A stretch of 64,000 nucleotides of DNA. Source: the human T2T-CHM13v2.0 reference genome, Homo sapiens. Below, piece by piece: positions 29,751 through 44,000 of the stretch. The notes below the pieces were generated by a model. It was given only the letters and a program-made list of their open reading frames with translations, was not told the origin of the DNA and did not search any database. Positions within the stretch are counted from its first letter, which is position 1. Each line of letters starts with the position of its first letter. The position numbers were made by a program, and so were the translations under genes. Where the stretch lies: contig CP068257.2 of NCBI GenBank assembly GCA_009914755.4, positions 7,680,001 through 7,744,000 of the forward strand, written 5' to 3'.

Positions 29751-32499
29751 TGGAATGGAATGGAATCAACCCCAGTGGAATGGAATGGAATCGAATGGAT
29801 TATAATGGAATGGAATGGAATCAATCTGGGTGGAATGGAATGGAATGGAATGCAATGTAATGGAATGGAATGGACTGTAACGGCATGGAATGCAATGGAA
29901 TGGAGTGGAATCAACCCGAGTGGAATGGAATGGAATGGACTGTAACGGCATGGAACGGAATGGAATGGAGTGGAATCAAACCGAGAGGAATGGAATGGAA
30001 TGGAATGGAATGGAATGGAATGGAATGGAATAGAATGGAATCAATTCGAATGCAATGTAATGGTATAGAATGGAATGGAATGGAATGGAATCAACCAGAG
30101 TGGAATGGAATGGAATGGAATGGAATGGAATAGAATGTAATGGAATGGAACGGAATGGAACGGAATGGAATGGAATGGAATGGAATGGAATGGAATGGAA
30201 TGGAATGGAATGGCATGGAATGGAATGGAATGGAGTGGAATCAACCCGAGTGGAATGGAGTGGAATGGACTGTAATGGCATGGAATGGAATGGAATGGAG
30301 TGGAATAAACACAAGTGGAATGGAATGGAATGGAATGGACTACAATCAACCAGAGTGCAATGGAATGGAATAGAATGGAATGGAATGGAATGGAATGAAA
30401 TAAACACGAGTGGAATGGAATGGAATGGAATGGAAGAGAATGGAATGGAATCAACTCGAGTGGAAAGGAATGGAATGGAAAGGAATGGAATGGAATGGAA
30501 AGGAATGGAATGCAATGGAATGCAGTGTTATGGAATGGAATCAACCCGAGTGGAATGGAATGGAATGGAATGGAATGCAATGGAATGGACAGGAGTGGAA
30601 TGGAATGGAATTCAATGGAATGGAATGGACAGGAATGGAATGGAATGGAATGGAATGGAATGGAATGGAGTGGAATGGACTAGAATGGAATGGAATGGAA
30701 TGAAATCAACCCGATTGGAATGGAATGGAATGCAATGGAATGGAATGGAATCAACTGGAAAGGAATCAAATGGAACGGAATGGAATAGAATGGAATGGAT
30801 TGGAATGGAAAGGAATGGATTCAACCCGAGTGGAATGGAATGGAATAGAACGGAATAAACACGAGTGGAATGGAATGGAATGGAATGGAATGGAATGGAA
30901 TGGAATGGAATGGAATCAACTCGAGTGGAATGCAATGTAATGTAATGGAATGGAATGGAATTGAATGGAATAAACACGAGTGGAATGGAATGGAATGGAA
31001 TAGAATGGAGTCAATTCAAGTGCAATGGAATGGTATACAATGGAATCGAATGGAATGGAATCAACCAGAGTGGAATGGAATGGAAAGGAATGGAATGGAA
31101 TGGAACGGAACGGAATGGAATGGAATGGAATGGAATGTAACGGCATGGAATGGAATGGAATGGAATGGAATGGAATGGAATGGAATATAACGGCATGCAA
31201 TGGAATGGAATGGAGTGGATTCAACCCGAGTGGAATGGAGTGGATTGGACTGTAACGGCATGGAATGGAATGGAATGGAGTGGAATAAACACGAGTGGAA
31301 TGGAATGGAATGGAATGGACTGGAATCAACCCGAGTGCAATGGAATGGAATGGAATGGAATGGAGTGAAATAAACTCGAGTGGAATGGAATGGAATGGAA
31401 TAGAATGGAATGGAATGGAAAGGAATGGAAGAGAATGGAATGGAATCAACTCGAGTGGAAAGGAATGGAATGGGAAGGAATGGAATGGAATGGAAAGGAA
31501 TGGAATACAATGGAATTCAGTGTTATGGAATGGAATCAACCCGAGTGGAATGGAATGGAATGGAATGGAATGGAATGGAATGGAATGGATTGGAATGGAA
31601 TGGACAGGAATGGAATGGAATGGAATGGAATGGAACGGAATGGACAGGAATAGAATGGAATGGAATGGAATGGAGTGGAATGGACTAGAATGGAATGGAC
31701 TAGAATGGAATGGAATGGAATGAAATCAACCCGATGGGAATGGAATGGAATACAATGGAATGGAATGGAATCAACTGGAAAGGAATCAAATGGAACGGAA
31801 TGGAATTGAATGGAATGGATTGGAATGGAATGGAATGGAATCAAACCTAGTAGAATGGAATGGAAAGAATGGAATGTACAGGAATGGAATGGAATGGAAT
31901 GGAATTTAACGGAATGGAATGGAATGGAATGGAATTTAATAGAATGGAATGGAGTGGAATGGAATGGAATGGAATGGAATGGAATGGAATGGAATCAACC
32001 CGATTGGAGTCAAATAAAATGGAATGGAAATGAATGGAATAGAATGGAATGGAATGGAACGGAAAGGAATGGCATGAACCCGAGTGGAATGGAATGGAAT
32101 GGAATGGAATGGAATGGAATGGAATGGAATCGAAAGGCACGGAATGGAATGGAATGGAATGGAATGGAATGGAATGGAATGGAATCAACCCGAGTGGAAT
32201 GGAATGGAATGGAATCAAACTGAGTGGAATGGAATGGAATGGAATGCAATGGAATGTAATGGAGTGGAAGGCATTAGAATCAACTGGAATGGAATGGAGT
32301 GGAATGGAATGGAATCAACGCCAGTGGAATGGAATGGAATGGAATGGATAATAATGGAATGGAATGGAATCAACCCGGGTGGAATGGAATGGAATGGAAT
32401 GCAATGGAATGGAATGGAATCAACTCGAGTGGAATGAAATGTAACGTAATGTAATGGAATGGAATGGAATGGAATGGAATAGAATGGAATCAATTCGAG

Positions 32500-35400
32500 T
32501 GTAATATAACGGTATAGAATGGAATGGAATGGAATGGAATGGAATCAACTAGAGTGGAAACGAATGGAAAGGAATGGAATGGAATGGAATGGAGTGTAAT
32601 GGAATGGAATGGAATGGAATGGAATGGCATGGAATGGAATGGAATGGAGTGGAATCAACCAGAGTGGAATGGAGTGCAATGGACTGTAACGGCATGGAAT
32701 GGAATGGAATGGAGTGGAATAAACACGAGTGGAATGGAATGGAATGGAATGGACTGGAATCAACCAGAGTGCAATGGAATGAAATAGAATGGAATGGAAT
32801 GGAATGGAATGAAATAAACACGAGCGGAATGGAATGGAATGGAATGGAATGGAAAGGAATGGAATGCAATGGAATCAACCCGAGTGGAATGGAATGGAAT
32901 GGAATGGAATGGAATGCAATGGAATGGAAAGGAATGGAATGTAATGGAATTCAATGGAATGGAATGTACAGGAATGGAATGAAATGTAATGGAATGGAAT
33001 GCAATGGAGTGGAATGGACTAGAATGGAATGGAATGGAATGAAATCAACCCGATTGGAATGGATTGGAATGCAATGGAATGGAATGGAATCAACTGGAAA
33101 GGAATGAAATGGAACGGAATGGAATAGAATGGAATGGATTGGAATGGAATGGAATGGATTCAACCCGAGTGGAATGGAATGGAATAGAATGGAATGGAAT
33201 CAACTCGAGTGGAATGAAATGTAATGTAATGGAATGGAATGGAATTGAATGGAATAAACACGAGTGGAATGGAATGGAATGGAATGGAATGGAATGGAAT
33301 AGAATAGAGTCAATTCAAGTGCAATGGAATGGTATACAATGGAATCGAATGGAATGGAATCAACCAGAGTGGAATGGAATGGAAAGGAATGGAATGGAAT
33401 GGAATGGAATGGAAAGGAATGGCATGGAATGGAATGGAATGTAACGGCATGCAATGGAATGGAATGGAGTGGATTCAACCCGAGTGGAATGGAGTGGATT
33501 GGACTGTAACGGCATGGAATGGAATGGAATGGAGTGGAATAAACACGAGTGGAATGGAATGGAATGGAATGGACTGGAATCAACCCGAGTGCAATGGAAT
33601 GGAATACAATGGAATGGAATGGAATGAAATAAACACGAGTGGAATGGAATGGAATGGAATGGAATGGAATGGAATGGAAAGGAATGGAAGAGAATGGAAT
33701 GGAATCAACTCGAGTGGAAAGGAATGGAATGGAAAGGAATGGAATGGAATGGAAAGGAATGTAATGCAATGGAATGCAGTGTTATGGAATGGAATCAACC
33801 CGAGTGGAATGGAATGGAATGGAATGGAATGGAATGGAATGGAATGCAATGGAATGGAAAGGAATGGAATGGAATGGAATGGAACGGAATGGAATGGAAT
33901 GGAATGGACAGGAATGGAATGGAACGGAATGGAATGGAATGGAATGGAGTGGAATGGACTAGAATGGAATGGAATGGAATGAAATCAACCCGATTGGAAT
34001 GGAACGGAATGCAATGGAATGGAATGGAATCAACTGGTAAGGAATCAAATGGAACGGAATGGAATAGAATGGCATGGATTGGAATGGAATGGAATGGAAT
34101 CAAACCTAGTAGAATGGAATGGAAAGAATGGAGTGAACAGGAATGGAATGGAATGGAATGGAATTTAATGGAATGGAATGGAATTTAATAGAATGGAATG
34201 GAATGGAATGGAATGGAATGGAATGGAATCAACCTGAGTGGAGTGGAATGGAATGGAATGGAATGGAATGGAAATGAATGGAATAGAATAGAATGGAATG
34301 GAACGGAAAGGAATGGAATGAACCCGAGTGGAATGGAATGGAATGGAATGGAATGGAATGGAACGGCACGGAATGGAATGGAATGGAATGGAATGGAATG
34401 GAATGGAATGGAATGGAATCAACCCGAGTGGAATGGAATGGAATGGAATCAAACTGAGTGGAATGGAATGGAATGGAAAGCAATGGAATGTAATGCAGTG
34501 GAAGGCATTAGAATCAACTGGAATGGAATGGAGTGGAATGGAATGGAATCAATGTCAGTGGAATGGAATGGAATGGAATGGATAATAATGGAATGGAATG
34601 GAATCAATCCGGGTGGAATGGAATGGAATGGAATGCAATGGAATGGAATGGAATCAACTCGAGTGGAATGAAATGTAACGTAATGGAATGGAATGGAATG
34701 GAATGGAATAGAATGGAATCAATTCGAGTGTAATATAACGGTATAGAATGGAATGGAATGGAATGGAATCAACTAGAGTGGAAACGAACGGAAAGAATGG
34801 AATGGAATGGAATGGAGTGTAATGGAATGGAATGGAATGGAAAGGAATGGAATGGAATGGAATGGCATGGAATGGAATGGAATGGAGTGGAATCAACCAG
34901 AGTGGAATGGAGTGCAATGGACTGTAACGGCATGGAATGGAATGGAATGGAGTGGAATAAACACGAGTGGAATGGAATGGAATGGAACGGACTGGAATGG
35001 AATGGAATGGAATCAACCCGAGTGAAATGGAATGGAATAGATTGGAATGAAACAAACACGAGTGGAAAGGAATGGAATGGAATGGAATGGAAGAGAATGG
35101 AATGGAATCAACTCGAGTGGAAAGGAATGGAATGGAAAGGAATGGAATGGAATGGAAAGGAATGGAATGCAATGGAATGCAATGTTATGGAATGGAATCA
35201 ACCCGAGTTGAATGGAATGGAATGGAATGGAATGCAATGGAATGGAATGGAATCAACTCGAGTGGAATGAAATGTAATGGAATGGAATGGAATGGAATGG
35301 AATGGAATGGAATAGAATGGAATCATTTCGAATGCAATGTAATGGTATAGAATGGAATGGAATGGAATGGAATCAACCAGAGTGGAATGGAATGGAAAGG

Positions 35401-38050
35401 AATGGAATGGAATGGAATGGAAAGGAATGGAATGGAATGGAATGGAATGCAATGTAACGGCATGGAATGGAATGGAATGGAGTGGAATCAACCCGAGTGG
35501 AATGGAGTGGAATGGACTGTAATGGAATGGAATGGAATGGAGTGGAATAAACACAAGTGGAAAGGAATGGAATGGAATCAAACTGAGTGGAATGGAATGG
35601 AATGGAAGGCAATGGAATGTAATGCAGTGGAAGGCATTAGAATCAACTGGAATGGAATGGAGTGGAATGGAATGGAATCAACGCCAGTGGAATGGATTGG
35701 AATGGAATGGATAATAATGGAATGGAAGGGAATCAATCCGGGTGGAATGGAATGGAATGGAATGCAATGGAATGAAATGGAATCAACTCGAGTGGAATGA
35801 AATGTAACGTAATGGAATGGAATGGAATGGAATAGAATGGAATCAATTCGAGTGCAATATAATGGTATAGAATGGAATGGAATGGAATGGAATGGAATGG
35901 AATCAACCAGAGTGGAATGGAATGGAAAGGAATGGAATGGAATGGAATGGAATGGAATGGAATGGAATGGAATGGAATGGAATGGAACGGCATGGAATGG
36001 AATGGAATGGAGTGGAATCAACCCGAGTGGAATGGAGTGGAATGGACTGTAATGGCATGGAATGGAATGGAATGGAATGGAGTGGAATAAACACAAGTGG
36101 AATGGAATGGAATGGAATGGACTGGAATCAACAAGAGTGCAACGGAATGGAATAGAATGGAATGGAATGGAATGGAATGAAATAAACACGAGCGGAATGG
36201 AATGGAATGGAATGGAATGGAATGGAATGGAATGGAATGGAAAGGAATGGAATGCAATGGAATCAACCCGAGTGGAATGGAATAGAATGGAATGGAATGG
36301 AATGGAATGCAATGGAATGGAAAGGAATGGAATGTAATGGAATTCAATGGAATGGAATGTACAGGAATGGAATGGAATGTAATGGAATGGAATGCAATGG
36401 AGTGGAATGGAGTAGAATGGAATGGAATGGAATGAAATCAACCCGATTGGAATGGATTGGAATGCAATGGAATGGAATGGAATCAACTGGAAAGGAATGA
36501 AATGGAACGGAATGGAATAGAATGGAATGGATTGGAATGGAATGGAATGGATTCAACCCGAGTGGAATGGAATGGAATAGAATGGAATAAACACGAGTGG
36601 GATGGAATGGAATGGAATGGAATCAACTCGAGTGGAATGAAATGTAATGTAATGGAATGGAATGGAATTGAATGGAATAAACACGAGTGGAATGGAATGG
36701 AATGGAATGGAATGGAATAGAATAGAGTCAATTCAAGTGCAATGGAATGGTATACAATGGAATCGAATGGAATGGAATCAACCAGAGTGGAATGGAATGG
36801 AAAGGAATGAAATGGAATGGAATGGAATGGAATGGAATGGAATGGAATGGAATGTAACGGCATGCAATGGAATGGAATGGAGTGGATTCAACCCGAGTGG
36901 AATGGAGTGGATTGGACTGTAACGGCATGGAATGGAATGGAATGGAGTGGAATAAACACGAGTGGAATGGAATGGAATGGAATGGACTGGAATCAACCCG
37001 AGTGCAATGGAATGGAATACAATGGAATGGAATGGAATGGAATGAAATAAACACGAGTGGAATGGAATGGAATGGAATGGAATGCAATGGAATGGAAAGG
37101 AATGGAAGAGAATGGAATGGAATCAACTCGAGTGGAAAGGAATGGAATGGAAAGGAATGGAATGGAATGGAAAGGAATGTAATGCAATGGAATGCAGTGT
37201 TATGGAATGGAATCAACCCGAGTGGAATGGAATGGAATGGAATGGAATGGAATGGAATGGAATGCAATGGAATGGACAGGAATGGAATGGAATGGATTGG
37301 AATGGAATGGAATGGACAGGAATGGAATGGAATGGAATGGAATGGAATGGAGTGGAATGGACTAGAATTGAATGGAATGGAATGAAATCAACCCGATTGG
37401 AATGGAACGGAATGCAATGGAATGGAATGGAATCAACTGGTAAGGAATCAAATGGAACGGAATGGAATAGAATGGAATGGATTCGAATGGAATGGAATGG
37501 AATCAAACCTAGTAGAATGGAATGGAAAGAATGGAGTGAACAGGAATGGAATGGAATGGAATGGAATTTAATGGAATGGAATGGAATTTAATGGAATGGA
37601 ATGGAATGGAATGGAATGGAATGGAATGGAATCAACCTGAGTGGAGTGGAATGGAATGGAATGGAAATGAATGGAATAGAATAGAATGGAATGGAACGGA
37701 AAGGAATGGAATGAACCCGAGTGGAATGGAATGTAATGGAATGGAATGGAACGGCACGGAACGGAATGGAATGGAATGGAATGGAATGGAATGGAATGGA
37801 ATGGAATCAACCCGAGTGGAATGGAATGGAATGGAATCAAACTGAGTGGAATGGAATGGAATGGAAAGCAATGGAATGTAATGCAGTGGAAGGCATTAGA
37901 ATCAACTGGAATGGAATGGAGTGAAATGGAATGGAACCAACGCCAGTGGAATGGAATGGATTGGAATGGATAATAATGGAATGGAAGGGAATCAATCCGG
38001 GTGGAATGGAATGGAATGGAATGCAATGGAATGAAATGGAATCAACTCGA
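32500..38050 (+). repeat. HSat3 sub-block with about 3.40 kb higher-order repeat, roughly 1.6 copies
   Basis: Strings ending at 33107 and 36500 are offset by 3393. Those ending at 34188 and 37591 are offset by 3403. 33329-33982 matches 36817-37385 at about 3395. 34328-34585 matches 37746-37973 at about 3388. Confidence 0.6.
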
Positions 38051-38099
38051 GTGGAATGAAATGTAACGTAATGTAATGGAATGGAATGGAATGGAATGG

Positions 38100-41000
38100 A
38101 ATAGAATGGAATCAATTCGAGTGCAATATAATGGTATAGAATGGAATGGAATGGAATGGAATGGAATCAAACAGAGTGGAATGGAATGGAATGGAATGGA
38201 ATGGAATGGAATGGAATGGACTGTAACGGCATGGAATGCAATGGAATGGAGTGGAATCAACCCGAGTGGAATGGAATGGATTGGACTGTAATGGCATGGA
38301 ACGGAATGGAATGGAGTGGAATCAACGTGAGAGGAATGGAATGGAATGGAATGGAATGGAATGGAATGGAATGGAATCATCCAGAGTGGAATGGAATGGA
38401 ATGGAATGGAATGGAATGGAATGGAATGGAATCATCCAGAGTGGAATGGAATGGAATGGAATGGAATGGAATATATTGGAATGGAATGCAACGGAATCAA
38501 CTGGAATGGAATGGAATGGATTATAATGGAATGGAATGGAATCAATCCGGGTGGAATGGAATGGAATGGAATGGAATTCAATGTAATGGAAACAAACCGA
38601 GAGGAATGTAATGGAATGGAAAGGACTGGAATGTAATGGAATGGATTGGAATCAAACCGATTCCAATGCAACGGAATGGAATGGAATGGAATGGAAAGAA
38701 ATCAACCCGAATGGAATGGATTGGAATAGAGTGGAATGGAATGGAATGGCATGGAATGCAATGAAATCAACTAGAATGGAATGGAATGGAATGGAATGAA
38801 CAGGAATGGAATGGAATGGAATGAACAGGAATGGAATGGAATGGAATGGAGTGGAATGGAATGGAATGGAGTGGAATGGAATGGAATGGAATGAAATCAA
38901 CCCGATTGGAATCGAATGGAATGCAATGGAATGGAATGGAATCAACTGGAAAGGAATCAAATGGAACGGAATGGAATGGAATGGAATGGAATGGAATGGA
39001 ATGGAGTGGAATGGAATGGAATGGAATGGAATGGAGTGGAATGGAATGGATTATAATGGAATGGAATGGAATCAACCCGAGTGGAATGGAATGGAAAGGA
39101 ATGGAATGGAATCAACCTGAGTGCAATGGAAAGGAATGGAATGGAATGGATTATAATGGAATAGAATGGAATCAATCCGGGTGGAATGGAATGGGATGGA
39201 ATCAACTCAAGTGGAATGAAATGGAATGGAATGGAATGGAATGGAATGGAATGGAATGGAATGGAATCAATTCGAGTGCAATTTAATGGTATAGAATGGA
39301 ATGGAATGGAATGGAATGGAATGGAATGGAATCAACCAGAGTGGAAACGAATGGAAAGGAATGGAATGGAATGGAATGGAATGGAATGGAATGGAATGGA
39401 ATGGAATGGAATGGAATGGAATCGAATGGAATGTAACGGCATGGAATGGAATGGAATGGAGTGGAATCAACCCGAGTGGAATGGAGTGCAATGGACTGTA
39501 AAGGCATGGAATGGAATGGAATGGAGTGGAATAAACACGAGTGGAATGGAATGGAATGGAATGGAACGGAACGGAATCAACCCGAGTGCAATGGAATGGA
39601 ATAGAATGGAATGAAATAAACACGAGTGGAAAGGAATGGAATGGAATGGAATGGAATGGAAGAGAACGGAATGGAATCAACTCGAGTTGAAAGGAATGGA
39701 ATGGAAAGCAATAGAATGGAATGGAAAGGAATGGAATGCAATGGAATGCAATGTTATGGAATGGAATCAACCTGAGTGGAATGGAATGGAATGGAATGGA
39801 ATGGAATGGAATGGAATGGAATGGAATGCAATGGACTGGAATGGAATGGAATGCAATGGAATGGACAGGAATGGAATGGAAAGGAATGGAATGGAATGGA
39901 ATGGAATGGAATGGACAGGAATGGAATGGAATGGAATGGAACGGAGTGGAATGGACTAGAATGGAATGGAATGGAATGAAATCAACCCGATTGGAATGGA
40001 ATGGAATGCAGTGGAATGGAATGGAATCAACTGGAAAGGAATCAAAAGGAATGGAATGGAATAGAATGGAATGGAATGGAATGGAATGGAATGGAATGGA
40101 ATGGAATCAACCCGAGTGGAATGGATTGGAATGGAGTGGAATGGAATGGAACGGCATGGAATTCAATGGCATCAACTAGAAAGGAATGGAATGGAATGGA
40201 TTGGAATGGAATCGAACGGAATCGCACTGAGTGGAATGGAATGGAATGGAATCAAACTGAGTGGAATGGAATGGAATGGAATGCAATGGAATGTAATGGA
40301 GTGGAAGGCATTAGAATCGACTGGAATGCAATGGAATGGAATGGAATGGAATGCAATGGAATGCAATGGAATGGAATGGAATGGAATTCAATGTAATGGA
40401 AACAAACCAAGTGGAATGTAATGAAATGGAAAGGACTGGAATGTAATGGAATGGATTGGAATCAACCCAATTCCAATGCAGCGGAATGGAATGGAAGGGA
40501 ATGGAATGGAATGGAAAGGAATGGAATGAACTGTAATGGAATGGAATGGAATGGAATTTAATGGAATGGAATGGAATCAACCCGAGTGGAGTGCAATGGA
40601 ATGGAATAGAAATGAATGGAATGGAATGGAATGGAATGGAACGGAACGGAATGGAATGAACCCGAGTGGAATGGAATGGAATGGAATGGAATGGAATGGG
40701 ATGGAATGGAATGGAATGGTTTCAACCCGAGTGGAATGGAATGGAATGGAATCAAACTGAGTGGAATGGAAGGGAATGGAATGCAATTGAATGTAATGGA
40801 GTGGAAGGCATTTGAATCAACTGGAATGGAATGGAATGGAATGGAATGGAATGGAATGGAATCAACCCCAGTGGAATGGAATATATGGAAATGGATTATA
40901 ATGGAATGGAATGGAATCAATCCGGGTGGAATGGAATGGAATGGAATGGATTATAGTTGAATGGAATGGAATCAATCCTTGTGGAATGGAGTGGAATGGA

Positions 41001-44000
41001 ATGGAATAGAATGGAATGGAATTCAATGTAATGGAAACAAACCGAGTGGAATGTAATGGAATGGAAAGGACTGGAATCTAATGGAATGTATAGGAATCAA
41101 CCTGATTCCAATGCAACGAAATGGAATGGAATGGAATGCAATGGAAGGGAATGGAATGGAATGGAAAGGAAAGGAATGAACTGGAATTGAATGGAATGGA
41201 ATGGAATTTAATGGAATGGAATGGAATGGAATGGAATGGAATGGAATGGAATGGAATCAACCCGAGTGGAGTGGAATGGAATGCAATGGAAATGAATGGA
41301 TTAGAATGGAATGGAATGGAATGGAATGGAATGGAATGGAATGGAATCAACCAGAGTGGAGTGGAATGGAATGCAATGGAAATGAATGGAATAGAATGGA
41401 ATGGAATGGAACGGAACGGAATGGAATGAACCCGAGTGGAATGGAATGGAATAGAATGGAATGGAAAGGCACGAAATGGAATGGAATGGAATGGAATGGA
41501 ATGGAATGGAATGGAATGGAATGGAATCAACCCGAGTGGAATGGAATGGAATGGAATCAAACTGAGTGGAATGGAATGGAATGGAATGCAATGGAATGGA
41601 ATGGAATGGAATGGAATGGAATGGAGTGGAAGGCATTAGAATCACCTGGAATGGAATGGAATGGAATGGAATGGAATCAACCCGAGTGGAATGGAATGGA
41701 ATGGAATCAAACTGAGTGGAATGGAATGGAATGGAATGCAATGGAATGGAATGGAATGGAATGGAATCAACCACAGTGGAATGGAATGGAATGGAATGGA
41801 TTATAATAGAATGGAATGGAATCAATCCGGGTGGAATGGAATGGAATGGAATGGAATGGAATGGAATGGAATGGAATCAACCCGAGTGGAATGGAATGGA
41901 ATGGAATCAAACTGAGTGGAATAGAATGGAATGCAATGGAATGGAATGGAATGGAATGGAATCAACAACAGTGGAATGGAATGGAATGGAATGGATTATA
42001 ATAGAATGGAATGGAATCAATCCGGGTGGAATGGAATGGAATGGAATGGAATGGAATGGAATGGAATCAACTCGAGTGGAATGACATGTGACGTAATGGA
42101 ATGGAATGGAATGGAATGGAACACAATGGAATCAATTCGAGTGCCATGTAATGGTATAGAATGGAATGGAATGGAATGGAATGGAATGGAATGGAATGGA
42201 ATCATCCAGAGTGGAATGGAATGGAATGGAATGGAATGGAATGGAATGGAATGGAATGGAATATATTGGAATGGAATGCAACAGAATCAACTGGAATGGA
42301 ATGGAATGGATTATAATGGAATGGAATGGAATCAATCCGGGTGGAATGGAATGGAATGGAATGGAATTCAATGTAATGGAAACAAACCGAGAGGAATGTA
42401 ATGGAATGGAAAGGACTGGAATGTAATGGAATGGATTGGAATCAAACCGATTCCAATGCAACGGAATGGAATGGAATGGAATGGAAAGAAATCAACCCGA
42501 ATGGAATGGATTGGAATAGAGTGGAATGGAATGGAATGGCATGGAATGCAATGAAATCAACTAGAATGGAATGGAATGGAATGGAATGAACAGGAATGGA
42601 ATAGAATGGAATGGAGTGGAATGGAATGGAATGGAGTGGAATGGAATGGAATGGAATGAAATCAACCCGATTGGAATCGAATGGAATGCAATGGAATGGA
42701 ATGGAATCAACTGGAAAGGAATCAAATGGAACGGAATGGAATGGAATGGAATGGAATGGAATGGAATGGAATGGAGTGGAATGGAATGGAATGGAATGGA
42801 ATGGAGTGGAATGGAATGGATTATAATGGAATGGAATGGAATCAACCCGAGTGGAATGGAATGGAAAGGAATGGAATGGAATCAACCTGAGCGCAATGGA
42901 AAGGAATGGAATGGAATGGATTATAATGGAATAGAATGGAATCAATCCGGGTGGAATGGAATGGGATGGAATCAACTCAAGTGGAATGAAATGGAATGGA
43001 ATGGAATGGAATGGAATGGAATGGAATGGAATAGAATGGAATCAATTCGAGTGCAATTTAATGGTATAGAATGGAATGGAATGGAATGGAATGGAATGGA
43101 ATGGAATGGAATGGAATGGAATCAACCAGAGTGGAAACGAATGGAAAGGAATGGAATGGAATGGAATGGAATGGAATGGAATGGAATGGAATGGAATGGA
43201 ATGGAATCGAATGGAATGTAACGGCATGGAATGGAATGGAATGGAGTGGAATCAACCCGAGTGGAATGGAGTGCAATGGACTGTAAAGGCATGGAATGGA
43301 ATGGAATGGAGTGGAATAAACACGAGTGGAATGGAATGGAATGGAATGGAACGGAACGGAATCAACCCGAGTGCAATGGAATGGAATAGAATGGAATGAA
43401 ATAAACACGAGTGGAAAGGAATGGAATGGAATGGAATGGAATGGAATGGAAGAGAACGGAATGGAATCAACTCGAGTGGAAAGGAATGGAATGGAAAGCA
43501 ATAGAATGGAATGGAAAGGAATGGAATGCAATGGAATGCAATGTTATGGAATGGAATCAACCCGAGTGGAATGGAATGGAATGGAATGGAATGGAATGGA
43601 ATGCAATGGACTGGAATGGAATGGAATGCAATGGAATGGACAGGAATGGAATGGAATGGAATGGAATGGAATGGAATGGAATGGAATGGACAGGAATGGA
43701 ATGGAATGGAATGGAACGGAGTGGAATGGACTAGAATGGAATGGAATGGAATGAAATCAACCCGATTGGAATGGAATGGAATGCAGTGGAATGGAATGGA
43801 ATCAACTGGAAAGGAATCAAAAGGAATGGAATGGAATGGAATGGAATGGAATGGAATGGAATGGAATGGAATGGAATGGAATGGAATCAACCCGAGTGGA
43901 ATGGATTGGAATGGAGTGGAATGGAATGGAACGGCATGGAATTCAATGGCATCAACTAGAAAGGAATGGAATGGAATGGATTGGAATGGAATCGAACGGA

